NCBI GenBank assembly: GCA_951812395.1
Contig: CATOSD010000002.1
Span: forward strand, 546,442 to 610,441
Origin: an uncultured Dehalococcoidia bacterium
GTDB lineage: Bacteria; Chloroflexota; Dehalococcoidia; Lucifugimonadales; CATOSD01
Reading direction: 5' to 3'
DNA: 64,000 bases
This document shows, piece after piece, positions 8,963 to 18,647 of this stretch (position 1 is the first letter of the stretch; the number at the start of each line of letters is the position of its first letter). Under the pieces are notes generated by a model. That model saw only the letters and a list, made by a program, of their open reading frames with translations, was not told where the DNA came from and made no database searches. A program made the position numbers and the translations under genes.

Positions 8963-10285
8963 CTACCTGAGGTCTTCCATCACCATGTCGGCGACCGTGT
9001 TGCCCATGCGCACGCTGTAGTTGGTGCCACGGTCCTCGGGGTATATCTGCGTTGTGTTCGCCAGGTACAGCCGATCTATCGGCGTGCGGTGTGAGGGTAT
9101 GCGGGACGAGTAGTCGACGCCGATGATTGGCTGCGCGGCGTCGACGCGGTGGTGGTAGCTCTCGATCACCCACGAGGGGTCGAATTCCGGGTTTATCTTG
9201 CGAAGGTGGGGCAGGTACGCCTCCATCAGCTCGTCGTGGCTCATTCGGTACATGGGGTCGTCGGTGGTCAGGTAGTTGGAAAGGTAGACCACGTGGTTGC
9301 CGCCGTAGTGCTCCGGGCCAATCAGGTTGGTGTGCTCTATCACGCCAACGAACGGAATCGACCGGTCGGCGACGTTCAGCCAGTACACCCGGGACAGCGG
9401 CCTGCGCAGCACAAGCACGATGAGCACGGCGGCCATGTAGTCCACCCCCGCCAGCCGGTCCAGGTAGTCCTGCGGCAGTCCGGGGGCAATGCGCGGGAAG
9501 ATGTACGACGGCGTGGTGGCAATCACGGCGTCATACTCCCGTCGCTGGGCCGACGCGCCGCGGACCGTCGCGTCCAAGCCGCGCGCCACTCCGTCCTCGA
9601 CGACGACGCGGTCGACGGATGCGGACAGAGTGACGGCTCCGCGCTGCTCCTCGACTCGCTGCGCCAGCACCTCGAAGATCTCGGCAAAGCTGCCGATAGG
9701 GTAGCCAAGCTTCTCCTTCACCATGCCCTTTCCCCGCGACGCGACTCGCGTCTGCACTTTGCCCCACACCCAAGGCATGCCGATTTCGGCGTAGTGGGCC
9801 TCGCCGAACTTGCCGCGCAGCATGGGTCCCCAGAACACCTCGTATGGCCGCCGTCCCGCGTACTTGCGCAGCCAGGCGTCCGCGGTGACGTTCTCGTAGC
9901 CGCGCCAGTCCCTCTTGCGCTGCAGGTACAGCGTCACCAGGCCCAGGCGGAACCGGTCGGCCAGGCTCAGCGGCGTAAACCTGAGCAGGTCCATGGGCGT
10001 TACGAAATCGTAGATTCGCCCGTCGTGCAGCGTGCCTACGGTTGAATCGATCCACCGTATCTGGTGGCCCAGACCTAACTCCTGGACTAGCTCGATAATG
10101 TCGGTGTCGTTGGTGAACCAGTGATGGTAGCCGCGCTCGAGTCTCGCGCCGCCCACGTCGAAAGTGGAGGCCTGGCCGCCCAGGAAGGGGGCGCGTTCGA
10201 ACACTTCGGCGACGTGGCCGTTCCGGCCAAGCCGATAGGCGGCGGCGAGTCCTGCGGCCCCGGCGCCGATGATGCCCACCCTCAT
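8963..10285 (-). CDS. NAD(P)/FAD-dependent oxidoreductase (amine-oxidase / HemY-like fold)
   Basis: N-terminal Rossmann motif MRVGIIGAGAAGLAAAYRL..EVFE..LGG. 4-nt overlap with the upstream gene. Confidence 0.8.
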   Translation of the reverse strand: MRVGIIGAGAAGLAAAYRLGRNGHVAEVFERAPFLGGQASTFDVGGARLERGYHHWFTNDTDIIELVQELGLGHQIRWIDSTVGTLHDGRIYDFVTPMDLLRFTPLSLADRFRLGLVTLYLQRKRDWRGYENVTADAWLRKYAGRRPYEVFWGPMLRGKFGEAHYAEIGMPWVWGKVQTRVASRGKGMVKEKLGYPIGSFAEIFEVLAQRVEEQRGAVTLSASVDRVVVEDGVARGLDATVRGASAQRREYDAVIATTPSYIFPRIAPGLPQDYLDRLAGVDYMAAVLIVLVLRRPLSRVYWLNVADRSIPFVGVIEHTNLIGPEHYGGNHVVYLSNYLTTDDPMYRMSHDELMEAYLPHLRKINPEFDPSWVIESYHHRVDAAQPIIGVDYSSRIPSHRTPIDRLYLANTTQIYPEDRGTNYSVRMGNTVADMVMEDLR

Positions 10286-11385
10286 CGTGCGGCGTCCTCG
10301 TCAGGCCCGGCGGAAACGCTCGCGCCCGCGGCGTCGCGCGCAGTGGCAGCGCCGCCGCGGGACAGCCTGTGCAGCGTGACGTTGCTAGTCCACAGGTACA
10401 CCTGGCCGAGCACGATGGTCGGTATGAGCAGGGCGAAGTGCGAGACGGCGGCGAAGCCCGCCGCGGTCGACTTGTCCACCATGGCCAGCGGAAGAAGCAC
10501 GAGCGTCTCCCTCGCGAGAATCTCGAACAGGCCGATGCCACCGGGCGCGGACGGGATGGAGCTGCCGATGTTGGCTACCGCGGTGACCAACACCACGGCA
10601 ATCGCCAGGTCGGCGAGGTTGGAGTAGAGGCCGTCGAGTCCGAACGAGAACCCCACGAAGAAGAACAGCCCCGCCTCGAACAGCCATATAGGCACCGATA
10701 GCGCGAAGAGCCCGGCCAGCTTTTGCGGGCTGCGTAGGGGCAGAAGTCCGACCATGAACATGTCCAGCAGACCCTCCAGCCTGGCGGCGACACGGGCCGG
10801 CAGGGGCCGGATGACGGCCAGGCCGAGCGCCCGCGTCCGCGCCGGCTGGAACGCGAACAACAGCAGCGCGCCGAACGCGCCGATGAACAGCGCGCCGAGG
10901 CCGGCGACGAACAGCGGCCAGGCTATTCTCGCGCTCTCACCCATCGCCTCGACGACGCCCGACAACGGCACGACAGCGGCGATGGCGGCGATGAAGAAGA
11001 GCAGCGTCAGGGCGTCCATGACGCGCTCGATCAGAACAGTCACAAGCGCCGACGTCTTGCTGATGTGCTCGCGTTCCCCGACGTAGTAGCTGCGCACCAG
11101 CTCGCCCAGTCGCATGGGCAGCAAGTTGTTGGCCATGTATCCTACGACCACCACCGGGAATAGCCGGCGCGCCGGAATGCTTCGGATGTGGCCGAGCATC
11201 AGCTTCCATCGGAGGGTGCGGATGAGAAGCGAAACGAAGTACATGGTCACGGCGGGTCCGAGGTACCAGTAGTTCGCGCCGGCCAGCTCGCTCCACAGGC
11301 GGCGCAGGTCGACGGTAAGCAGGAAGATGCCGAGGAGCACGACGCTCAGGCCCAGTCCTATCCACAGCTTGCCATTGCTCAGCAT
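10282..11385 (-). CDS. lysylphosphatidylglycerol-synthase-TM-like (UPF0104, flippase-like) membrane protein
   Basis: 367-aa polytopic membrane protein. Its N-terminal pattern (..LLTVDLRRLWSELAGANYWYL..LRTLRWKLML) is typical of the LPG_synthase_TM family. Confidence 0.7.
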   Translation of the reverse strand: MLSNGKLWIGLGLSVVLLGIFLLTVDLRRLWSELAGANYWYLGPAVTMYFVSLLIRTLRWKLMLGHIRSIPARRLFPVVVVGYMANNLLPMRLGELVRSYYVGEREHISKTSALVTVLIERVMDALTLLFFIAAIAAVVPLSGVVEAMGESARIAWPLFVAGLGALFIGAFGALLLFAFQPARTRALGLAVIRPLPARVAARLEGLLDMFMVGLLPLRSPQKLAGLFALSVPIWLFEAGLFFFVGFSFGLDGLYSNLADLAIAVVLVTAVANIGSSIPSAPGGIGLFEILARETLVLLPLAMVDKSTAAGFAAVSHFALLIPTIVLGQVYLWTSNVTLHRLSRGGAATARDAAGASVSAGPDEDAAR

Positions 11386-11392
11386 GGGGTGG

Positions 11393-13801
11393 CTACTGCT
11401 CCGCCCTGTACTCGATGGGCAGATCGCGGGCCACGTACAAGTAGGAATCCTCGCTGCCCAACTGGTCTCGCACGCCCTTCCGGTGCATGAAGTAGTCCAT
11501 AGCCCTGCGCCACGCCTCCCTGTCCGTGAGCGAGTCGATGATCTTGCCGGGTGTAAGTCCTCGGTAGGTCGTCTCGGGGAACCACCAGCGATGGCGGACG
11601 CGCTGCGCCTCGCGGTAGTCGGCGGACTGGAGGGTGTCGTTGACCTGGGTCCGGTTGTTGCGGTGAACGACCACGACGGGCGGCTTGTCCGGCCCGTCCA
11701 TCTGGTCCGGTTCGAACGCGACGTAGTTCACCCTCTCGCGGCCTCGCAGGTACCACACCCACGGCCAACTGAACCCGCTGGTGGTGTCGATGGCGATGGT
11801 CTCGCCTACACCGGCGCGCTCCAGCTCGCCTAGCAGCCGGGGTATGTCGGGGGACGTTTGCGTGTACACCAGCATCTCCACCGGCACGTCGCCGTTGTCG
11901 TAGGCCGCGCGCGCGCCCGTGCGCACCGTTAGCACCAGCAGCACCGTGACCAGGGGCAGTAGCGCAAACGTGGCGGACGCGCGCCATCCGTATCGCCTGG
12001 CGAAGAAGGCGCCCACTGCCGCCAGGGCGAAAAGCCCCGCGACAATCAGCGCGAGCGCGACCGGGCCGGAAGCCGAGCCTTCGCCGACGTCGAAGAAGGC
12101 GAGCTGCCAGAGCAGCCACAGCGCCAGCGGCACGCTGACGGCCAGGGTCACCGCGCCGCTGCGCACCAGCCATCGCCAGTCGATAGCCTCGACCACCTCG
12201 CCCAGGAACTTGCCCGCGACGAGGATCAGCGGCAGGGTCACGTTCACCAACAGCCAGGGCATCTTCTCGCTGGCGACGGTGTAGGCTCCGAACGTCGCGA
12301 CCGACCATAGGAGCAGGAACCAGGTGAACGCCTCGCGGCGAAAGTCGTACTCCTCATCGCCAAACACGCCCCTGAGCAGGCGGAAGAGCCAGTACGCGCC
12401 GGCCACCAGGGCCAGCAGCAGCGGCAGGAACTCGTAGAGCGACGTGATGACGAAGTAGTAGTGCGAGGGCTGGTTGCCTCGCGCCACATCCTGCTGCACT
12501 ATCCAGTATCCCAGCGACCTCCAGACTCCGCTGAGGAGGCCGCCCGGGTTGGTCAGGAACGTGGAGTACATTAGCATCCAAATCAGGTAGAAGATGGCCG
12601 CGCAGCGCCACCAGATGGGCCACCTCCACCGGACGCCCGCGTATATCGATGCCCCCAGCATCGCCGCGACCAGCAGTGCGGCAATAACCAGGCCGCCGCC
12701 GGTCGGAGCGCCGATGGCGGGAGACCCCACCGGGCTGGCGAGCACCAGGCCGCTGCCATGCAGCAGCCGCGTGCCCTGCAACAGCCCGGCAGTCGCGGCC
12801 CACTGCGGCAGCGTCAGCGTCGCCAGTAGCACCAGCAGCGTTCCCTCGCGTGTGCGCAACCCACAGCGAGACTGCCAGATGGCGCGCCAGATTCCCCGGA
12901 CGAGAGTCCACAGCGCGCGCGGCGTGGGCGTACGGCCGTCCGCGGTGGGCACTTCGACGTGCGCGAGCCCCGGCAGCACGAGCCTGGCGAGCAGGAACAT
13001 GCCGAAGATGGCAGAGACTATGTACGCCGTCTCCTTAGTGGCGAAGGCCAGGGCCAGCAGGGCGGCCGCGGCGTAGAGATAGCGGTTCTTGCCTTCGTCT
13101 ATGTAGCGCCAGGCGCAAGCCACAAGACCGAGCGTCCATACGGCCATGAGTATGTCGTTGCGCGAGAAGCGGCTGAAATACAGCATCGCCGGGGAAGCTG
13201 CCAGCATGGCGGACGCGAACAGGGCGCCCAGCCTGCCCATGTGCCGGCGCAGCAGGAAGGGCATCGCGACCAGCGCGACGCCGGCCACGGCGTAGATAAG
13301 GCGAGACGTGTAGTCGCTGTCGCCCAGCACCAGGAACACCGCGGCGGTCGCCTCGAACTGGAAAGGTCCGTGCATCATCGGGTCGTGCGTATAGCCGGAG
13401 CCGTTGGAAAGGATCCACGAGTAGTAGGCGTGGAGGCTCTCGTCGTGGTGTATCGCCCGCGAACCGAGGTCCCACAGCCGGCTGGCGGCGGCCGCGAGCA
13501 GCAGCGCGGCGTAGGCGGCGAGCTCCCACCACCTCACCGTCGGCGTGGCCGCGGTCGGCTCCTGCGCAGTCAATACCGCGTCCGGTTCGCTCTCTGGCGC
13601 ATCGCTGGCGGATGCCGCGCTCTCGTCCGACGGTGCTACCTCGGAGAGAGCGGCCTCGCCCTGCCGCGCGTCGTCGCCCCCCGCCACGCTCACCTCGTCG
13701 AACTCACCCGCCCGCGGTGTATCATCCGGATCGCGTCCCTCCGGCGCCCCATCCTGCCGCGGCGTGGTCGGCTCGCCGTCTGTGCTACTGTCGTGTATCA
13801 A
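11393..13801 (-). CDS. GT-C fold membrane glycosyltransferase-like protein (PMT_2 / TIGR03663-like)
   Basis: 802 aa: acidic low-complexity N-terminus, then a first-loop HHDESLHAYYSW (DE motif of ArnT/PMT-type GT-C enzymes), many TM segments and a large C-terminal soluble domain. Confidence 0.7.
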   Translation of the reverse strand: MIHDSSTDGEPTTPRQDGAPEGRDPDDTPRAGEFDEVSVAGGDDARQGEAALSEVAPSDESAASASDAPESEPDAVLTAQEPTAATPTVRWWELAAYAALLLAAAASRLWDLGSRAIHHDESLHAYYSWILSNGSGYTHDPMMHGPFQFEATAAVFLVLGDSDYTSRLIYAVAGVALVAMPFLLRRHMGRLGALFASAMLAASPAMLYFSRFSRNDILMAVWTLGLVACAWRYIDEGKNRYLYAAAALLALAFATKETAYIVSAIFGMFLLARLVLPGLAHVEVPTADGRTPTPRALWTLVRGIWRAIWQSRCGLRTREGTLLVLLATLTLPQWAATAGLLQGTRLLHGSGLVLASPVGSPAIGAPTGGGLVIAALLVAAMLGASIYAGVRWRWPIWWRCAAIFYLIWMLMYSTFLTNPGGLLSGVWRSLGYWIVQQDVARGNQPSHYYFVITSLYEFLPLLLALVAGAYWLFRLLRGVFGDEEYDFRREAFTWFLLLWSVATFGAYTVASEKMPWLLVNVTLPLILVAGKFLGEVVEAIDWRWLVRSGAVTLAVSVPLALWLLWQLAFFDVGEGSASGPVALALIVAGLFALAAVGAFFARRYGWRASATFALLPLVTVLLVLTVRTGARAAYDNGDVPVEMLVYTQTSPDIPRLLGELERAGVGETIAIDTTSGFSWPWVWYLRGRERVNYVAFEPDQMDGPDKPPVVVVHRNNRTQVNDTLQSADYREAQRVRHRWWFPETTYRGLTPGKIIDSLTDREAWRRAMDYFMHRKGVRDQLGSEDSYLYVARDLPIEYRAEQ

Positions 13802-13854
13802 GCGAATCCCTGTCGTTTAGACCTTGACTGTGTAACGCCTAGCCGCACGCGGCG

Positions 13855-16194
13855 TTAGCGATCTCCATGTGGAAGTCGGTAGATGGTGACACCGCCCTGG
13901 CTGAAAGCGACGTCCATGAACTCTGCAAACTTCGCGGCGCCCTCCTCGCCGTACTTGTCCCGCTCCCTCTGACCCACGAATACGAACTCCACGCCGTACT
14001 TGTCGAGGATGCCCCGCGCAACGGAGGCGTCCAGCGTCCTATAAGCAAGCTCTATGTCGACGTCCCTCTCTGTGATGAGCGGTGATGCCCCTCGCCACTG
14101 CGCCTGGTGGCCGGGCCAGTTCAGCGGCGTCGGCACGCCCGCGGCGCGCGAAATCAGCCCTGCGTCGTGCCATTCGCCCACAGCCTCCAGCATAACCGAG
14201 TCTCCGCCTTTCTCCCGCAGGTATTCTATTGCCTCGAATTCCGCCGAGCTGCCATAGCGCAGGTAGGCCAACCCGTCCAGCGTGGGCTGTCCGCCCGGTG
14301 GGCCGGCCTTGCTGGCGGCGGCGGCTGGCGAGTAGTAGAGCGCGCCCAGCAGCAGCGCGGCGAACACGCACGCCCACAGCGTCGCCAGCGCGCGCTTTCC
14401 CGGGCGCTGCCCGGCTCGGAGCGATACCCAAAAGTATATTGCGAATCCCGAAATCGTTGCAAGAATCATCCAAGCCTGGTAGTAGAGCTTGAAGACCGTG
14501 TTCATACGCTCGCTGGGCGAACCGAAAGAGTCGTCCACGTACAGCAATTCCGGTCCCATTATCAGCAGCATTCCGAACGCGGCGGCCAGCATGGCGAATG
14601 CCGCGGCGCCGCCGCTGTTCTCCCGCGCGAGCCAGAGGGTAGAGTATACCGCCATTGCGGCGAGCGCCGCGAACGGCAGCACGTGAATGAATCGGCCCGC
14701 GATTCCGCCGAGGCCTCCGTCGCCGGCGAGGTAGAGCACGGCCCACACGATGAACGGGGCGAGCGCCGCAAACAACGCCGCAGCGGTCATGCGGGCCCAG
14801 TCCGTGGTCAGCGTCGTCCGCCAAAACAGCACGACAACCATCGGCGCGACGCCGACCAGCAGTGGCGCCCAGATGGTCAGCAGATGTACGGGCCGTGACG
14901 ACGCCCAAGACACCGCGCCGATTCCGTTGACGCCGGCCCTGAACGTGAGGTAGTAGGGGAGGAAGAGCAACAGGGCCAGCGCCAGCACCACCAGTGCCGA
15001 TGCCATTGCGCTCAGCACCGCGGGCCGGGACAGGCCCAGCCCGGAGGCGTAGGCCCTCACCAGCGCCGCGCACGCGATGAGCGCCCAGAACACCGGAAGA
15101 TCCCAAGTGTTGGTGAAAGCCAACGCTCCCAGCAGAAAGCCGAGGACAGTAATCTCCAGCGCGCTCCGCCAGTGACGCCAGAACAGGCCGGGGTAGGGCG
15201 TGAGCCAGAAGTTCAGCGCCGCTCCGAGGAACAGCGCCACCGGCGGCAGCGACATGACGTGTGGGTGGAGGTCTCCCAGCATGAAGCTGAAGAATGGGAA
15301 CTCCTGGATCGTGTAGTCGATGCCGCCGCCGGTCTCGGTGAAGGTGTTTATCACGCGGGTGGCGCGGAACCACCACCAGTTCTCTTCGGGTCGCCACGAC
15401 TGGGTGGTGTTTTCGATTGGCCATGCCAACCCGTCGATGGCGAGCCAGTCCCAGAATCGCTCCGAGCCGACCGCGTTGGCGTGCATGAACTCGAAGACGC
15501 CCATGAGGTTGCCCGCGAAGACGAGGAGCAGGGCCGCGACGCCTCCGCCGGCGAGCGCGGCGGACAGGCGGTTAGAGTCGGCCCGTACGAGGTTGTAGGC
15601 CACGCCGGCGACGCCAAGCGCCGCGAGCGCGGGGACGAGGGCCATCGCGAGGTTGTACGCCACGGCGGACGTAACGCCGGTAAGCTGGGCGAGCGTCCCC
15701 ATCGTCCAGTAGCCGAAGTAGTAGTAGCTCACCGGCTGGCCGCTCAGCCAAAGGTCCTCCGGCGTCCCGGTCTCGGTGCGCATAGAGGCGTTCAGGAACA
15801 TCAGGTCCATCGGCTGCTCGGTGTGATCGATTGAGGGGTCGAAGGCGCGGAAGATGGCCCACGCGGCGAACACGCTCAGGAACAGCGCCTCTGCCGCGAC
15901 GATGGAAGCGCGCTCGCGCGAAACGAAGTCGAACAGCTCGTGGCGTTGCCTCCAGGCTAACCAGCTCGACAGGGTCATCAGGACCAGCACCAGCACCGCG
16001 ATGGTGGCGCCGGTGCTTGGAAGGACCCGCGCCTGGCTGAGCGCCCAGGACAGGTACGCCACCAGAACGATGCCGAGGGGCTTGCTGAGGCTGTAGCCCC
16101 TGTCGGCGAGCCGTGGAAACAGGAAGTAGGCGAGCGGGAACGCGGCCAGGCCGATGACCTGGACCGCGAGCAGCCACGAGAGAGCATCGAGCAT
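13855..16194 (-). CDS. Chlor_Arch_YYY (DUF2298-type) membrane protein
   Basis: 779-aa polytopic protein with the diagnostic GQPVSYYYFGYW motif (YYY codons at 15718-15726). Confidence 0.8.
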   Translation of the reverse strand: MLDALSWLLAVQVIGLAAFPLAYFLFPRLADRGYSLSKPLGIVLVAYLSWALSQARVLPSTGATIAVLVLVLMTLSSWLAWRQRHELFDFVSRERASIVAAEALFLSVFAAWAIFRAFDPSIDHTEQPMDLMFLNASMRTETGTPEDLWLSGQPVSYYYFGYWTMGTLAQLTGVTSAVAYNLAMALVPALAALGVAGVAYNLVRADSNRLSAALAGGGVAALLLVFAGNLMGVFEFMHANAVGSERFWDWLAIDGLAWPIENTTQSWRPEENWWWFRATRVINTFTETGGGIDYTIQEFPFFSFMLGDLHPHVMSLPPVALFLGAALNFWLTPYPGLFWRHWRSALEITVLGFLLGALAFTNTWDLPVFWALIACAALVRAYASGLGLSRPAVLSAMASALVVLALALLLFLPYYLTFRAGVNGIGAVSWASSRPVHLLTIWAPLLVGVAPMVVVLFWRTTLTTDWARMTAAALFAALAPFIVWAVLYLAGDGGLGGIAGRFIHVLPFAALAAMAVYSTLWLARENSGGAAAFAMLAAAFGMLLIMGPELLYVDDSFGSPSERMNTVFKLYYQAWMILATISGFAIYFWVSLRAGQRPGKRALATLWACVFAALLLGALYYSPAAAASKAGPPGGQPTLDGLAYLRYGSSAEFEAIEYLREKGGDSVMLEAVGEWHDAGLISRAAGVPTPLNWPGHQAQWRGASPLITERDVDIELAYRTLDASVARGILDKYGVEFVFVGQRERDKYGEEGAAKFAEFMDVAFSQGGVTIYRLPHGDR

Positions 16195-16540
16195 GGTTCA
16201 ATTATATACGCAAATCAGGGCAGGTGATGGGGTGGTTGGGGAGGGCACGCCGGTTTGGAGAGCCGGAATCGAGCCAACGCCTGTTCAGCAGAAATGGAGG
16301 TCGAGACTGGGCCGGAGCCCGCCCGAGAGAGGTGATTTCGCCTAAAGGTGTTCCGAACTGTTCCATTCTGTGCCACTTCATAGCTGGGGGCGCGGGCCGT
16401 CTGGGCCGTTGGGAGTGACGAATGGGGTGGTTTCAGGGTTGAAAGGGCCGGAAATGCAGCGGCAATGGAACAGTTGGCTGGAGGCGCCAGCGGCGGTGTG
16501 GGTGGGCATCGGACGGCGGTGTGGGTTTGTCATGGAGAGG

Positions 16541-16569
16541 AGAGTAGCACGTATGTGCGGAGGAATCAA
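16541..16569 (-). promoter_or_regulatory. conserved promoter-like box, copy A (TTGATT-17 nt-TACTCT)
   Basis: Minus-strand TTGATT (16564-16569), 17-nt spacer containing GCACGTATGTGC, then TACTCT (16541-16546). About 350 nt upstream of the YYY gene. Homologous boxes lie at 29634-29662 and 37814-37842. Confidence 0.4.
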
Positions 16570-16757
16570 TGGGGGTGGCGAATCCCAGGCTTGGTGTCGG
16601 CGCGGGCGGAAAACAGACTGGGGCAGGCTTGGTATTTGCCCTAGTCTTGAAACCTAGTCCAAGCGATTGCAATGACTGCGGCAACTTCCCGTAGAGTTCG
16701 GGTCGCGTGGCTTGTGGTAAGCTACCTCCACACCCGATCTGAGGAGACGCATCCGCG

Positions 16758-17162
16758 ATGACGAGAGACGAGATCGACGAGTTTCTGGCGCGCCCTCTGG
16801 TGGGCGTGATTACGACCCTTGACGCGGAGGGCCGGCCGAGGGCGACGCCTATCTGGTACGCATGGAAGGACGGAGAGGCCTACATGTTCACCGGCCGCGA
16901 CACGCTGAAGTGGCGCAACCTGGAGCGGAACCCGCACGCGAGCCTTTGCGTCGACTGGCGAGAGCCGCCGTACGCGGCGGTGACGATGGATGGCCCGGTG
17001 CGGGAGGTCGAGGGGCAGCTGTACGAGTTCGTGCTGGGCATGGCGCTGCGCTACTACGGGGAGGAGGAAGGGAGGGAGTTCGCCGAGTCTTATCGCGACA
17101 ACCCGCCGGGAGTGGTGGCGTTTGCGCTGACGCCGCGTCGCATCGCGACGTTCCGCTCGTAG
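16758..17162 (+). CDS. PPOX-class (pyridoxamine 5'-phosphate oxidase-like) probable F420-dependent enzyme
   Basis: 134 aa. LARPLVGVITTLDAEGRPRATPIWYAWKDGEAYMFTGRDTLKWRNLERNPHASLCVD fits the PPOX split-barrel family. GAGGAG RBS. Confidence 0.8.
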   Translation: MTRDEIDEFLARPLVGVITTLDAEGRPRATPIWYAWKDGEAYMFTGRDTLKWRNLERNPHASLCVDWREPPYAAVTMDGPVREVEGQLYEFVLGMALRYYGEEEGREFAESYRDNPPGVVAFALTPRRIATFRS

Positions 17163-17172
17163 GGGGGCGGCG

Positions 17173-18129
17173 TCAGTCGGAAAACAGGCCGTCGGCGAAG
17201 GCTTGTGGGTCGAACGCGGCGACGTCGGCGGGGCTTTCGCCGGTGCCAACGTAAAGCACCGGCAGACCGAGTTCGTCGGCGATGGCGATGGCAATGCCGC
17301 CTTTGGCGGTGCCGTCGAGCTTGGCGAGGAACACGCCGTCGCACTTGACGGCGTCGACGAATGCCCGCGCCTGGTACAGCCCGTTCTGGCCGGTGGTGGC
17401 GTCCAGGGTGAGCAGGACGCGCTGGGACTCCTCGCCGATCTGGCGTGAGAGCGCCCGCCGGATCTTCTTCAGCTCCTCCATGAGGTTGGATTTGGTGTGC
17501 AGGCGGCCCGCCGTGTCGATGATCACCACGTCAATGCCGCGGGCCCTGGCGGCGCTAAGAGTATCGAACGCGACGGACGCCGGGTCGGCGCCAGGCCTGT
17601 GGGCTACGACGTCGATGTCCAGCCGGCGGCCCCACACCTGCAGTTGGTCTATGGCGGCGGCGCGAAAGGTGTCGGCGGCGCCGAGCAGCACGCTGCGGCC
17701 GTCCTCTTGGAAGGCGCTGGCGAGCTTGGCGATGCTGGTGGTTTTGCCCACGCCGTTCACACCGACTGTAAGTAGGACCAAGGGCGGTTTCTCGACCTCC
17801 ATAGGCTGCGCGTCGCCATTGGCGTGAAGCAGCGTCACGATCTCCTGCTTGAGCAGTTCGAAGGCCTCCGCGGGGTCCGAAACGGAGTCCTGCCTGACCC
17901 GTGCGCGGAGCCTGTCGAGAATCTTCTGCGTGGTTGCGACGCCCACGTCGCCGAGGATGAGCGTCTCCTCCAGCTCTTCCCAGAGGTCGTCGTCGATGCC
18001 GGAGCGCCGGAAAATCGTCGCCACCTGGCCGAACCACGAGCGACGGGTCTTCGAGAGGGCTGATTCCGTCCTCTGCTTGTCCTTCTCTTTGTCTCTGCCG
18101 AACAGGCCTCTGAGCAACGCATTCACCAA
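17173..18129 (-). CDS. ftsY: signal recognition particle receptor FtsY
   Basis: SRP-GTPase motifs GVNGVGKTTSIAKLA, DTAGR and KLDGTAKGG. Confidence 0.95.
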   Translation of the reverse strand: MVNALLRGLFGRDKEKDKQRTESALSKTRRSWFGQVATIFRRSGIDDDLWEELEETLILGDVGVATTQKILDRLRARVRQDSVSDPAEAFELLKQEIVTLLHANGDAQPMEVEKPPLVLLTVGVNGVGKTTSIAKLASAFQEDGRSVLLGAADTFRAAAIDQLQVWGRRLDIDVVAHRPGADPASVAFDTLSAARARGIDVVIIDTAGRLHTKSNLMEELKKIRRALSRQIGEESQRVLLTLDATTGQNGLYQARAFVDAVKCDGVFLAKLDGTAKGGIAIAIADELGLPVLYVGTGESPADVAAFDPQAFADGLFSD

Positions 18130-18228
18130 TCTGCCAGTGTCGGTTTCAGGTAGAGGTTAGCACGGCCCAACGTGCCCAACAAGCCAATAGGGGGCCCGGT
18201 CCAGATTTCTTGGCTGCGCTCGAAATGA

Positions 18229-18261
18229 CAGGGGCGCTCCGCATTACGCGGAGCGCCCCTG
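18229..18261 (-). terminator. perfect 14-bp hairpin downstream of the small minus-strand ORF
   Basis: CAGGGGCGCTCCGC (18229-18242), loop attac, GCGGAGCGCCCCTG (18248-18261). Only a short T-run follows on either strand, so the terminator role is tentative. Confidence 0.35.
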
Positions 18262-18318
18262 CTCTTCATGTTGGCCGGGCTTGGAAGCTATCGGGTAGCC
18301 GGAGTCCGGGGCCCCACG

Positions 18319-18492
18319 CTAGCGGAGTGTGTAGCCCGCCTCCTGCTTCGCGGCGTTGGAAAAGTCCTTCCTGGCCTCTTCGTACGTCGGTTCTCCCGGC
18401 AGGCCGCGCTGGTGGATACTGTTCAGGTAGCCATCGAATCCGGCCGGCTGCTTCGCCTGGCGAACCAAATCTACAAATCTCTTGAGCAGCAT
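18319..18492 (-). CDS. small protein, tentatively YbdD/YjiX (DUF466)-like
   Basis: 57-aa ORF below the track cutoff: MLLKRFVDLVRQAKQPAGFDGYLNSIHQRGLPGEPTYEEARKDFSNAAKQEAGYTLR. Strong AAAGGAGGAA RBS 5 nt before the ATG. Loose resemblance to the ..DYDNYVxHM..HP....TYEEFFRE core. Confidence 0.45.
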   Translation of the reverse strand: MLLKRFVDLVRQAKQPAGFDGYLNSIHQRGLPGEPTYEEARKDFSNAAKQEAGYTLR

Positions 18493-18647
18493 GTGTTCCT
18501 CCTTTGGGGATCATCCCCTTGTCGCTGACTCGCCGCAATTCGTTCTGCTATGTGAATTGTATGACCGAACACAGTATCTCGTGAAGATATGTAACACTAT
18601 AATGATAATGGCGGTTCGCAATAGTATTTGTTGAGAGGGGTACGGAC

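Noticed and set aside
16250-16345. tRNA-like 3' end on the minus strand (..ggctcgattccggctctcca, resembling a T-arm plus CCA).
   Set aside because: No complementary 5' acceptor strand (ggagagc) lies 60-90 nt upstream. The T-stem would have only 2-4 weak pairs, and no anticodon or D arm could be drawn.
18130-18228. SRP RNA (ffs) or another structured RNA next to ftsY.
   Set aside because: The conserved SRP domain IV sequence (..GGUCCGGAAGGAAGCAGCC..) is absent. No RNase P-like GGAAAGUCCGG motif was found either.
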